Assembly: GCA_963555755.3 (NCBI GenBank)
Contig: OY820905.2
Span: 3,008,001 to 3,072,000 of the forward strand
Source of the DNA: Nitrospirales bacterium
GTDB lineage: Bacteria > Nitrospirota > Nitrospiria > Nitrospirales > UBA8639
DNA length: 64,000 nucleotides
Reading direction: 5' to 3'
Positions 43,438-54,100 of this stretch are shown piece after piece (position 1 is the stretch's first letter; each line of letters opens with the position of its first letter). The translations under genes and the position numbers were made by a program. Below the pieces are notes generated by a model that saw only the letters and a program-made list of their open reading frames with translations, made no database searches and was not told the origin of the DNA.

Positions 43438-45585
43438 TCAAAACGAAAAGGCCATCTGAACAGGATCGTGAGAAACTGGAATGGGCAAGGTGATGAGGAA
43501 GGTTGTCCCTTGGTCGACCTGGCTACTGACCTCAATGGTTCCGCCGTGAGCCTGAATGATTTGATGGGCGATGGCGAGACCAAGTCCTGTCCCTTCGTGT
43601 TCTTGGCTTTCGTGTTTTGTGGTAAAAAACGGATCGAAAATATGCTCGAGTTCCTTGGGCCCGATACCGTGACCTGAATCGGAAATTTCTATTTGAGCCC
43701 AGGAGCCACCGGTCGTATTGATGACGGAATAGGTGCGGACGGATACAGTTGGGATTCCGCCATCCATGGCCTCAAGCGCGTTAAAAAACATATTCAGAAA
43801 TACTTGCTGGAGTTGTTGCCGATCCAGGCGAAGCGAGGGCAGATCGGTCGCAAAATCTTTATTAATCCGGATCTGCTTGTCACCGGCTTTGACCTTAGTA
43901 GCGTAAAGGCATGCATCAATAATGCTATGGATGTCTTCTTCTAAAAATTGGGGAATCGGATGATGGGAGTAATTGAGGACTTCCTGACAGAGCCGTTCAA
44001 TACGCATCACATCATCGGTCACAATGCGGCCAAAATTCTGGATAAACTCGTGATCGCTCATGCGGTGAGGGGCGAGATGCACAAACGTTTTGATGGAGGT
44101 CAGTGGGTTTCGAATTTCGTGCGCAAATCCGCCAGCCATAATTTCCAGGGAGCGCAGTTGATTGTTCCGTTGGATCAACAGTTGGGATTGTTTCACCTCC
44201 GCATAGAGCAGGGCATTCTCCAAGGCAATGGCGGCATTTCGACCGAGCGACGATAATAATTGTAAATCTTCGGCAGAATAGCCGATGTCTGTGTGGCGCG
44301 GGCCAAGCATGCAAAATCCAATGAGTTGATGGTGCCTATTCAAAAACGGCAAACACACATCCACCTCGAGGGCTGTGAGTTGTTGCACCAATGGTCCAGG
44401 GTGGCCGTGCGTTTCCAAGTCCTCCAATTCATCCCGAACCAGAGGTTCCTGGTGTTGGCGAAGTCGAACAGCAAGGGAGTGGGTCAACCCAAATCGATGT
44501 GAGGACCCGCCCAGGTTGTTGGCGGGAGTCACGGGTCCATACAGGTTTTTCTGTTTGTCCCAAATATACAGCGTCGCATGACGAATAGACATGACCTGTC
44601 TGAGGGTTCCAGTGATTTCTTTGGTTAACGTACGGAAGTCAAGAATGCTGACCAAGGCCTTGGAAAATTCAGAAAGCGTCGTGGTCATTTCGTACCGTTC
44701 TCTAAAGAGTTTTCGCCCGATGGCTTCTTCGGCACGTGTTTTAATGGTGTAGGATCCAAGGACCAGAAAATGAAAAATCACCAACATCGTGGCAGAAAAG
44801 GGATAACTAATTGACCCAAAGTATAGGTGTTGGGCCCACAGCAAGACTCCAAAGGCGGGAACCGCCGCGACGAAGAACAGCGTGAGATAGGAAAGCCCCC
44901 TTTCCAACACGATCGACGTATCCATCAAACGGTATTTCACGATGGCGTAGGCCATGATGATGGGATATACCGGGATGACAAAGTGTCCCCAGGGGTACAC
45001 GTCGATGCCAAAGAGAGAGAGAAAATCGAGCGATCCACCGGCATATCCGATGGTGGTAGCGATGAAGAAATATTTGATCTGGGTTCGTCTGACATCGGAA
45101 CTACGTCGAAAGGCCTGCCCCAGAAGAATGTGGCTATATACGGTCAGCCCCAACCACCCAAGTGTAAAGAATGTGAACAGTAGAGGGCCTGGGACGGCGT
45201 AATAAAAAGAAGAAAACGCGAAACGGACACCTGAGAAAAAATGATTCGACGTTAGAATCAGGGGAACAGAGAGTCCACCAAGGGCATAGGAGACAATTAA
45301 AAGCCGCGGGTGTGTCGTGTCGGAAAAGACACAGGTGAAATGAAAAAATAAAATCGGAATCCAAATCACGCTGACGGCGAATGCCAGGCGCCAAGCGAGC
45401 AGGGCTTTCACGGGGTCGGTTTCCAGAGCAATCCAGATGGATCCTAGACCCCACAGGGCAACAGAGACGGTAAAGGCGAGCCAGAGTTGGTTTAAGCGAC
45501 GAGACGGGTTTCGAGAAAATACAAAAAACCCAAACACCAAAGAACTGATACTTGTGAGAAGTCCTGCAAGCGCAAAGGCATTCAT
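43438..45585 (-). CDS. 7TM (HisKA_7TM-like) GAF sensor histidine kinase
   Basis: Many N-terminal TM helices, GAF-like segment, AHEIRNPL, GTGLGL. Confidence 0.9.
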   Translation of the reverse strand: MNAFALAGLLTSISSLVFGFFVFSRNPSRRLNQLWLAFTVSVALWGLGSIWIALETDPVKALLAWRLAFAVSVIWIPILFFHFTCVFSDTTHPRLLIVSYALGGLSVPLILTSNHFFSGVRFAFSSFYYAVPGPLLFTFFTLGWLGLTVYSHILLGQAFRRSSDVRRTQIKYFFIATTIGYAGGSLDFLSLFGIDVYPWGHFVIPVYPIIMAYAIVKYRLMDTSIVLERGLSYLTLFFVAAVPAFGVLLWAQHLYFGSISYPFSATMLVIFHFLVLGSYTIKTRAEEAIGRKLFRERYEMTTTLSEFSKALVSILDFRTLTKEITGTLRQVMSIRHATLYIWDKQKNLYGPVTPANNLGGSSHRFGLTHSLAVRLRQHQEPLVRDELEDLETHGHPGPLVQQLTALEVDVCLPFLNRHHQLIGFCMLGPRHTDIGYSAEDLQLLSSLGRNAAIALENALLYAEVKQSQLLIQRNNQLRSLEIMAGGFAHEIRNPLTSIKTFVHLAPHRMSDHEFIQNFGRIVTDDVMRIERLCQEVLNYSHHPIPQFLEEDIHSIIDACLYATKVKAGDKQIRINKDFATDLPSLRLDRQQLQQVFLNMFFNALEAMDGGIPTVSVRTYSVINTTGGSWAQIEISDSGHGIGPKELEHIFDPFFTTKHESQEHEGTGLGLAIAHQIIQAHGGTIEVSSQVDQGTTFLITLPIPVSHDPVQMAFSF

Positions 45586-45662
45586 AATGGGGCTGTTGAA
45601 TAATTAGAAATTTCTATATTACCGTTCGCATATGACTGTTCAATGAAACCTCAAAAGCAACA

Positions 45663-45926
45663 GGGGATGTTCAAAAAGGTGCGCTCAGCCAGATGGTCTC
45701 CAGGCTTCCCATCTGACTTTCCCAGGGGCTCTGCCCCTAGGACGGCCCAAACAGCAGGGCCTGTGACCCCTCGAAGGGGGAACACCCCCTTCGAACATCT
45801 CCCCCCGAGTGGTACTGACTACTCGGTGTGCAAGGCCGCAGGCGCTTTGGCGCGCGGAGCGTACTCATAGTACGTGAGCACGACAAAGGGCCGAGAACGC
45901 CGCTGACGCCCTTTTTCAACATTCCC
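45663..45926. repeat. GTTGAAAAA-family MITE with internal insertion
   Basis: TIRs plus shared core CAAGGCCGCAGG...GTACGTGAGCACG. Confidence 0.75.
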
Positions 45927-46179
45927 ATAATCAGAATCCTGAGTCCATTGGATTCAGGGCAAGGGTGCCCAGTACAACCCTAACATTATGATCAAAAGCT
46001 GTTCATGACACAATTGCTTTTCTCTGATGGGGGGGATCCTGTCGAGAAAGGGGGAAGAGAAGGGAAAGGGAGGAGAAGATACACTCAGGATTGGTGGCCA
46101 ACAGTTTGGGAGGTGTGGAATCGTGAGCCCCCGAACTTTGTATAGGCTCGGGGCCTCACAGACCCTGGGCAATGACTTA

Positions 46180-46325
46180 GGGGCCTGTTCAAAAATGTCC
46201 GTCCAGCAAGGCCGCAGGCCCGTTGGCGCGCGGAACGTACGCAGAGTACGTGAGCACGGCAACGGGCCGAAAACGCCGCTGGGACCCTTCGGAAAGACTC
46301 AGGGCATGTTTTTTCAACAGGCCCC
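46180..46325. repeat. GTTGAAAAA-family MITE, TTA TSD, inserted at the stop codon of the undA-like gene
   Basis: GGGGCCTGTTCAAAAA / TTTTTCAACAGGCCCC. Confidence 0.8.
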
Positions 46326-48191
46326 TTATGCCACGTAAGCTGAACAGTGATCGACCGACAAGTCAATGGGGGAAAACTTGCGATAGCAGGCCTCCAGCGC
46401 GATATGAAAATATTCCATACTGCGTTTGGCGGCCTGGATCACTTTGGGTTGTTCGTGCTCGGAATGGGTCGTCTGAATGATGATCTCCAGGGCTTCCAAG
46501 GCATGCGTTTCATCATAGCGTGCATGATTTTTCATGGATCATGCAGAATTTAGGGTTCTGGCAGCACAATACGATCAGGTGCACATAAATTTATGGCACT
46601 CCTCGTGGGTTATGTCGCCTCTCCTTTTGAGCGAATGGCGTCGTCTTGTATTGTTAGGTAGCTGCAGCATCTCATGCTGCCTCTTCCTGGCGTCATAGCC
46701 CCTTGGTCCGTGGGAAGAGGGCACGATACGATCGTGCAGCTAGTGCGCCTGTGAAGGCGTTTGATCAGGAGGGTGCAAGTCCCTCTCAGGCGAACGTTAC
46801 CAGCCTGAAGTCGACAGTGGTCACTGCGTTTCCGTGAGGAAGGGTGGAGAGCAATCTGAGACGAACGACCAGTCCGTAACGAAAGTGAACTCGATTCGGC
46901 CAAGCCTGTCGGGGAGGCTCCTAGCGATGTCCGAACCCTTGATCGCGCGACGGCAGATCCCTTCGACCTGAGAGTCTGCCCGGGGGATAGACGCGGCAAG
47001 TCACGGCGGTGACGTAACGTGGGAAAGCGACCGTGGCGAAATGGCAAGGTGGTGGTTGGAGATGGAATGGTCGGAAGGTCAAACGAGCTAAGCAGGGAGA
47101 TCTGTCGGGTGAAGGACGTGGACGACGTGTCGTGACCATTCGCAGTGGGGGACGCTGCGTGATCAATGGCCCAGGCCCCTCGGTGCCGTATCGCGTGCCG
47201 CAGGGGAACGAACGAAGCGATGCCGATGACGTTGGATGAAGCGGCTCGACAGAAGTCAGAGCTCTCATAATAGCTGGGAAGCCGTGCAGCATAACGCGGT
47301 GGAGCAAAGGGGAGCAGGAAGGTAGATGTGAAATGACTAAACCGCCGACACGTCGAGCCTCGACCACGCGTCGAGATTACATCCCAGTCACAGTGCCGTT
47401 TTCGGCTACCCCGGCTGGGGAGCTTCCTGGGATCGACCAGTGGGCTCATCGAGCGGTTTGGACAGATCGCATGGTGGCGACACTGATGGCAGACAACGTG
47501 AGAGGAGGCAAATGGCACACGTTGATGGATAAGGTGTCTGGCAGCCTGAACCTGTCCTGCTCGGCCAAGAAGGTCCTGGGCAAGAACGGGGCTGCGGGCG
47601 TTGACCGGCAAACGTGTTCGGAGTTCGCCGAGCATGAGCGGGCGGAACTCGATCGGTTGCAAGCCGAACTGGGTGACGGAACCTATCGTCCGGCAGCGGT
47701 GCGGCGGCGGTGGATTCCCAAACCCGACAGGTCGGCGAAGCGCCCGTTGGGAATTCCGACCGTGCGGGATCGCGTCGTGCAAACGGCAGTGGTCCACGTG
47801 CTTGAGCCGATTATGGACGCCATGTTCCATGCGCGAAGCTGCGGCTGTCGCCACGGACGCGGGTGCCATGATGCCCTGCGGTGCGTCGAGGAATGGCTCG
47901 ACGCCGGGTATGTGTATGTTGTCGACGCGGATGTGCAGGAGTACTACGAGACGATTCCGAAAGATCGACTGGTGGCCAGAGTGCAACAGAAGATCTCGGA
48001 TCGCCGTGTGGTGGGCCTGGTGAAGAAGTGTCTGAACCAGGGGATTCTGGAAGAACTGCGGGAGTGGACGCCGGAAGCCGGTGGGCCGCAAGGCGCGGTG
48101 CTGTCTCCCATGCTGTCGAATGTCTATCTCAACCCCCTGGACCATCGGATGTCCGATCTCGGATTTCAGATGGTGCGCTACGCGGATGACT

Positions 48192-50060
48192 GTGCGCCAC
48201 GAAGGCGCACAAAAGGACGTCAGTCCTTTGTGCAGCCATGCTGCACAAGAGATGAGGGGAGGCCCCTCGAAGTCGCTGTACAGGCGGAGGCTTCAAACCA
48301 CCCATGGCTGCTGCCTTTAAGAGAGGTGGTGGTGAGCGCAATGGGAAAAGGCAGGGCAAGACCCTGTCAGGTATGGACCGTCGAGTCGAACGTGAGTGAA
48401 CCGCTGAGGACGTGTCGAAAGCGTAGGGATGACGTCAAAACCGGGGGGGGATCGTTACTCCGGGAGGAATCTGGCGGGCACCTGGTTACTGGCCAGATGG
48501 CGTCCGGCATGAAGGCGGCGAGAAGGCGGTCCAGGCTCTTGTGGAGAACGTGGGAACCTGTCACCCCGATGCGAAGGGAGAAACGCAAGTGGAGGTCCCA
48601 CAAGCGTGAGAGTACCGAGGCGGGGTACAGGGGCGGAGCAACTCGTAGTAGTGAAGAAGGTTCTGTAATGGAGCTGGAGCGAAGGGGTTGCCTTATCGGG
48701 CTTGAGGGAAGAGAGCAACCAGCGATGGGAGGACTTTCGTGACTCAGGCCAAGCCATTTCCCATTACCCAACGTCAGGTGTGGGAAGCCTACAAACGAGT
48801 GAAAGCCAATCAGGGTGGGGCTGGGGTGGATGGCCAGACGGTGGCGGACTTTGAGCAGAGGTTGGACAACAACCTCTATAAGCTCTGGAACCGGATGGCC
48901 TCTGGGAGTTATCGGCCCCTGCCGGTCAAGCGGGTGGAGATTCCCAAGGCAGGCGGCGGCAGCCGTCCGTTGGGGATCCCGACCGTGGCAGACCGGATTG
49001 CGCAAACAGTGGTCAAACAGGCCCTGGAACCGGAAGTGGAAGCCCACTTTCACCCGGATTCCTATGGCTACCGACCGGGGAAATCAGCGCATCAAGCGAT
49101 TGGGCAGGCGCGCAGGCGGTGTTGGCGCTATGACTGGGTGGTGGACCTTGACATCAAAGGGTTCTTCGACACCATCGACCATGACCGGCTGCTGGCCATG
49201 GTGCGTCGGCATACCCAAGCTACGTGGGTGCTGCTCTATATCGAGCGATGGTTGAAAGCTCCGGAGCAAGTGTTGGACGGGACGGTGCGGGAGCGGACCC
49301 GAGGCACGCCGCAAGGGGGTGTCGTCAGTCCGTTGCTGGCGAACCTGTTTCTGCATTATGTCTTCGATGCGTGGATGAGGCGGTACTATCCGCACATCCC
49401 GTTTGAGCGGTATGCCGACGATGGGGTGTGTCACTGTCGCACCCGGAAACAGGCCGAACATCTGAAAGGGGCGTTAGCGCGGCGCTTTGCGGATTGGGGG
49501 CTTGAACTCCATTCGGAGAAGACCCAGATTGTATACTGCAAAGATGCCGATCGGCGTCTGGGGTATCCAATCACCGCCTTCGACTTCTTGGGCTACACGT
49601 TTCGCCCACGGCGGTCGAAGAACCGGTGGGGGAAATACTTCATCAACTTCAGTCCGGCCATCAGTAATAAGGCGGGGAAGGCGATCCGCCAGGTCGTGCG
49701 GAGCTGGCAGCTCCATCTGCGGAGCGATAAAGCGCTCGACGATCTGGCGCGGATGTTCAATGCGAAGATACGCGGGTGGGTGACCTATTACAGTGCCTTC
49801 TACCAATCGGCGTTGTACCGGTCCCTCCGGCACATCGATCGCAAACTTGTGCTGTGGGCCACTCGCAAGTTCAAGCGGCTGCGAGGCCACAAACGGCGAG
49901 CCGATCAGTGGTTGCGACGCATTGCGTGTCGGCAGCCCAATCTGTTTGCTCACTGGCGGTTGGTGTATGGACAGGCTAGATAAGAAGAGCCGGATGAGCG
50001 GAGACGTTCACGTCCGGTTCTGTGAGCGCCTCGAGGGGTGGTTCCTCGGGGCGACTCGAC
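48192..50060 (+). mobile_element. group II intron class D (inner, twintron)
   Basis: 5' GTGCGCC; DV GAGCCGGATGAGCGGAGACGTTCACGTCCGGTTC; ends GCGACTCGAC. Confidence 0.92.
48739..49983 (+). CDS. ltrA: group II intron RT/maturase, RmInt1-like, no endonuclease domain
   Basis: KPFPI..VWEAYKRVKAN.GGAGVDG, TPQGGVVSPLLAN, ERYADD; ORF intact. Confidence 0.93.
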   Translation: MTQAKPFPITQRQVWEAYKRVKANQGGAGVDGQTVADFEQRLDNNLYKLWNRMASGSYRPLPVKRVEIPKAGGGSRPLGIPTVADRIAQTVVKQALEPEVEAHFHPDSYGYRPGKSAHQAIGQARRRCWRYDWVVDLDIKGFFDTIDHDRLLAMVRRHTQATWVLLYIERWLKAPEQVLDGTVRERTRGTPQGGVVSPLLANLFLHYVFDAWMRRYYPHIPFERYADDGVCHCRTRKQAEHLKGALARRFADWGLELHSEKTQIVYCKDADRRLGYPITAFDFLGYTFRPRRSKNRWGKYFINFSPAISNKAGKAIRQVVRSWQLHLRSDKALDDLARMFNAKIRGWVTYYSAFYQSALYRSLRHIDRKLVLWATRKFKRLRGHKRRADQWLRRIACRQPNLFAHWRLVYGQAR

Positions 50061-50589
50061 TTGTCATCCTGTGTCGCACGCTGGAAGAAGCCGAAGCGGC
50101 GCTGGCCGAGGTGCGCCGGTGGGTGGAGGCCAATGGGCTGACACTGCATCCCGAGAAAACACACATCGTGGACTCGCGGGAGAAGAGCTTTTCGTTTCTG
50201 GGCTATTCGTTCCGAGGCCGGCTGCGGTTTCCACGAGCGAAGAGCCACCGAAAGTTCATCGCCCGCATCCGCGAGCTGACGCCGCAGAAATCGGGCGACT
50301 CGCTGGCGGTAATTCTCCACCGGCTCACTCGCTCGACGCAAGGGTGGTTCAACTACTTTCGGCACTGTTTTTGGAACATCTTCAAGGCCTACGATGGAAT
50401 GATCCGTCGGCGGTTGCGCCGGATGCTTCTGAAAAGGAACCGAAGGAATCGACAACGCCTCGCACGCAATCAACGGTGGCCGAACGCCTTCTTTGCGGAT
50501 CATGGGTTCACGAGCCTGAATGATGCCCATATTCGTTTCGTCCACTCCATAGGAACCTACTGACTGGAGAGCCGTATGCGGGAGAACTG

Positions 50590-52450
50590 CAAGCCGTTCA
50601 CTTAATCTGTTGACACAAACCAGCAAACAGACATAAACAGCGCTTGTTTGCTGGCTTTCTTGTTTTGGATCATGCAGAAAAAATCTTCCGCAACTTCTAC
50701 GCTGAAGCACCCTCGGATACCGCTCGAGTACGGTGGCTTCCAGATCAACCACTGCAAGTCTCCGGTCTGCTCGAACTACGGCGTTCCGCCAGAACAAACA
50801 TCGGTGCGTGGAAAAAATAGCTACACTCTGGATTCACGCAACCAAGGCATTTCATCCTGTATCTGCACGTCCTGCGGCGAAGGATTCCCTCTCAAGAGCA
50901 ACCTCGGCATCGCAGAAGAAGTCGAGCGCATGTCGGCCTACCTGTCGCCTCGTGAGATGGCGTTCTGCCGTAACGATGCCTGTACCAACCATACCGGTCA
51001 GGTGCCCGTAGGTACCGCTGGGGCATATGCCTCGTTCGGCAAGACCGCGATTGGCAGCCCCCGCTGGCGCGGTAGCGTCTGCGGTACGACGTTCTCACAG
51101 AACACCAAGGCCACCGCCCGGCAGCGGGAACATCACAAGAACAAGACCATTTTCAAACTGCTGGTCAACAAGCTGCCCGTGCGCCGAATCATCGAAGTCG
51201 CCGACATCCACCCCAAGACCTTCTACCACCGCCTCGACTTCCTCCATCGCCAGTGCCAATCATTTGCCGCCCACCGCGAGCACGCCCTATCCACCCTCCC
51301 CATTCGGCGACTGTACCTCGGCGTGGACCGGCAGGACGACCTTGTGAACTGGATGGTTCGCAAGGACAAGCGCAACATTCAGCTATCGGCCATTGCATCA
51401 GTGGACAACGAACACGGTTACGGCTTCGGTGTCCACCTTCACTTCGACCCTTCTCTGGACAGCGAAGCTGTCCAAGCCGAAGTCGAGAAGAGCGGCGACC
51501 TTGGCATGCCCTATCCGCATCGTCGCGTTGCACGTCTGTGGCTCAATGCAGACCATGAGCGAGCCAGTGCCAAATCCCTACGCACTTCGCGGCGCAAACC
51601 CGGACTGCCAACGCAGATCGATGAAGCCTATGCCGCAGCATTGATGCGTGACGATATCGAAAGCCCCGATGCGCCGTCGCCCGTAGAACGACTTCCTGAA
51701 TACGGGATGCCAACCCATGGCGAGTACACCATGTCTGGGCATTTTTTCTTCCTCAAACGCCTGCTGGGCAATGTCCAAAAGTGGCGCTTCTTTATCGACC
51801 AAGACCCTGGACTGCGAGCCGCGTGCCTATCGGCGTTCCACGACGAGATCCGAGGCCGCACGGCGGAGGCCTTCTCTGTTCGCATCACCAAAGATCTGAC
51901 GGTGGACGAAACGCGTCAAAAATACAACGAAGCGACGATGCTGTTCGTGCACGCAGAGCTCGCGCACCCAAAGATGAAGCCGCAGGAGGTCAAGTTGCTG
52001 CTGATCAAAGAGCGTCTGGCCTGTATGACGCCGCACGGGAAGTGGCAGGATCGGTGGCTTGACCATCCTTTCCCGACCATGAGCGAGCCAGAGAAGACAG
52101 TGGCCTCCCTCACCAATCTGGGCGACTACGACGAAGACCACAAAGCTTGGCTCTACAACAAAGCGAGCGTGCATGGTGTCGATTCGTTCTTCAACCAAGT
52201 GCGTCGACGGCTCTCCCTGCTGGAGCGTCCGATCCATTCCAAATCCAACAATGGTCGGATATGGAACGGATATTCTCCATATAACCCGGGTAATGTTGCA
52301 AAAGTACTCGACATCATGCGCACGGTGCATAACTACATCCTGACCGGCAAGGATGGCAAGACGCCAGCTGTGCGACTTGGATTGGCCCAAGCGCCGCTGG
52401 ACTACGAAGCCATTATTTATTTTGCATCAACAGATTAAGTGAACGGCTTG
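50590..52450 (+). mobile_element. unclassified insertion sequence
   Basis: 24-bp perfect TIR CAAGCCGTTCACTTAATCTGTTGA; 9-bp TSD GGAGAACTG at 50581-50589 and 52451-52459. Confidence 0.92.
50672..52438 (+). CDS. putative transposase (Cys-rich N-terminus, HTH, acidic core; IS1/IS1595-like)
   Basis: Only long sense ORF in the element; CxxxxC/CxxC clusters, C-terminal HNY...KTPAVRLGL; stop codon lies in the right TIR. Confidence 0.75.
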   Translation: MQKKSSATSTLKHPRIPLEYGGFQINHCKSPVCSNYGVPPEQTSVRGKNSYTLDSRNQGISSCICTSCGEGFPLKSNLGIAEEVERMSAYLSPREMAFCRNDACTNHTGQVPVGTAGAYASFGKTAIGSPRWRGSVCGTTFSQNTKATARQREHHKNKTIFKLLVNKLPVRRIIEVADIHPKTFYHRLDFLHRQCQSFAAHREHALSTLPIRRLYLGVDRQDDLVNWMVRKDKRNIQLSAIASVDNEHGYGFGVHLHFDPSLDSEAVQAEVEKSGDLGMPYPHRRVARLWLNADHERASAKSLRTSRRKPGLPTQIDEAYAAALMRDDIESPDAPSPVERLPEYGMPTHGEYTMSGHFFFLKRLLGNVQKWRFFIDQDPGLRAACLSAFHDEIRGRTAEAFSVRITKDLTVDETRQKYNEATMLFVHAELAHPKMKPQEVKLLLIKERLACMTPHGKWQDRWLDHPFPTMSEPEKTVASLTNLGDYDEDHKAWLYNKASVHGVDSFFNQVRRRLSLLERPIHSKSNNGRIWNGYSPYNPGNVAKVLDIMRTVHNYILTGKDGKTPAVRLGLAQAPLDYEAIIYFASTD

Positions 52451-53517
52451 GGAGAACTGCACGTACGGTTCGGAGGGAGGGGGAGCGCAACTCAATGCGC
52501 CCTCCCTACCCCTATCACAAGAAAGAAAGCTCACAGGAAGCAACGCCATGGCCAAGAAACTCCATGTGGCCAGAATTGGATGGCGGTAGGATAGAACCAT
52601 ATATTCTGTATGATCCTTTTTCATCCAGGCGTACGCGCGCTTTGTTAAATGGATCCCGTCCCGACCGTCATATTTGGGAAATCCTTCCAATACCGCACGG
52701 GCAATTCCTTGGGTGGTGCCCTCGATGGCATAGGTCATGGCACCCATGCTTTCCGCCAGGGATCCGCGCAAATTAATGGACCACATGTAATGCGTGAGGG
52801 CCTCCACTTCGGGAAGAACCGGGAAGTCATGCAGCTCTTCACGAGTGATACCAAAGGCGTCGGTCATGTCCATCCACTGCTTCGCATGCCATTTTTCCAC
52901 CCGAACGTTGTCGATGAGAATCTCCCGGGCAAAGGCCTCCTGGGCTTTCGCAATATTCAAGGCAATCCATTGAGGAAAGGTTTCGATGAAGGGATACAGT
53001 TGCATCAACCACCCGCGCATTTGTTCAAGGGACAGGGTCCCCTGGGATGTTTCTTTCACCAGGGGGCAATTGAAGATACGTTGCTGATAGGGGTCCGTTT
53101 CATTGTTCAGATGAACAATCCATGGCGGATGTGGGGAAAATGATGGCCGTTTGCTCCCAGACACCTCGGTGAACCGGCTGGCTTGATGGGGAAAGGTCAG
53201 TAGCTGTGACATGTCATCCTCCCTGACGAACGAATTTTTTTTAATAAAGATAAGCCCCCTTCTGACAGCTTATTGACACTATCGCAAAACCGTTGCCAGG
53301 CAAATTTTACCCATCACGGGCTTGATTTTCACCCATAACGGGGACGACGACTGACAGTATTCACAATATTTTCAATTGGTTCTAGAGTGGATTAGAAGAC
53401 TACGATCAGATGGGCTGAAACGGAGATGGGTTGATCGCTGGCGTCAGAAAGTTGACAGGTGTTGAAAAGATTGACGACAGCGATCTTCCGATTGTAAGGG
53501 CCCGGGGATGTCTCACC

Positions 53518-53862
53518 TCATTCCGAAAATGACAATTCCATTTCTTTAGTTGGTTTGGCACTTTGAGGTTTTCCCCGAAATTTTTGGATTTCGGTGGTGA
53601 TGGCTTTAAATGCAGCGCGAATGGCTTCTTCAAAGGTCTTGCCTTCTTTTCTGGCCGTGAGGGTGTGACGAGGGGGAAGGGTTAAGACGATTAAGGCTTC
53701 GGCATTATCATTTCCTTTTTTGTGGTGGGGGTTTTTCGACAACGTGACCCGCCCATGGGTGATGTGTTGATGTTCAGTCTGCAATTCCTCCATGCGTGTT
53801 TCAATCTCGCTTTTCCACCGAGGCGTCATCCCTACATTCCGACTTTCGATTTTTAAATCCAT
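53518..53862 (-). CDS. HPF/RaiA-family ribosome-associated protein
   Basis: MDLKIESRNV...HHKKG...FEEAIRAAF; GAGGAGG RBS. Confidence 0.8.
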   Translation of the reverse strand: MDLKIESRNVGMTPRWKSEIETRMEELQTEHQHITHGRVTLSKNPHHKKGNDNAEALIVLTLPPRHTLTARKEGKTFEEAIRAAFKAITTEIQKFRGKPQSAKPTKEMELSFSE

Positions 53863-54100
53863 TCTGGCCTCCTCATGTACGAAATCACGTTTTTATCGAT
53901 CCAATCTCTATTGTATTCCAAAACATCTCTTGTACCAAGGGGGAAGGCACTCAAAAACTTTCGGGCGAAAATAGAGTCTGAAGATTGACATACTTCCTGA
54001 GAACATGAAATACGGGGTTTGTGTCCTTGTCCATCACGGTCTTGTTTGGCACCAGCATAATCGAGTAGTATAGAAAGCCTTATTATCCGGAGGAACACCA

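Larger units (their letters stand above)
47333..50563 (+). pseudogene. class C intron RT, split at YADD/F and degenerate
   Basis: 47333-48191 joined to 50061-50563 gives ...MVRYADD|FVILCRT...LHPEKT..FSFLGY. Confidence 0.88.
46743..52515 (+). mobile_element. group IIC intron (outer)
   Basis: 5' GTGCGCC after hairpin GCACGAT-ACG-ATCGTGC; DV GAGCCGTATGCGGGAGAACTG|CACGTACGGTTC; ends CCTACCCCTAT. Confidence 0.9.
46536..52616. mobile_element. ISL3-like MITE (308 bp when empty) carrying nested elements
   Basis: TIRs GGATCATGCAGAATTTAGGGTTCT / AGAACCATATATTCTGTATGATCC; 8-bp TSD TTTTTCAT at 46528-46535 and 52617-52624. Confidence 0.88.
46326..53212 (-). pseudogene. undA: UndA-like heme-oxygenase-like diiron enzyme, interrupted
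   Basis: Joining 53212-52617 to 46527-46326 gives 265 aa with NVRVEKWHAKQW, YAIEG and KRAYAWMKNHARYDETHALEALEII, matching recalled Pseudomonas UndA motifs. Confidence 0.85.

Noticed and set aside
46610..48145. Long antisense ORFs over introns and IS (also 17305-18501, 48367-49053, 49976-50797)
   Set aside because: Shadow frames of GC-rich RT genes and intron RNA with no recognisable motifs
16663..50563. Retron, DGR or defence RTs
   Set aside because: All three RTs lie within GTGCG...AY boundaries with domain V/VI, so they are group II introns
50667..50679. GGATCATGCAGAA identical to the MITE TIR start
   Set aside because: Only 13 bp, overlaps the transposase start codon, and has no partner end or TSD; probably chance
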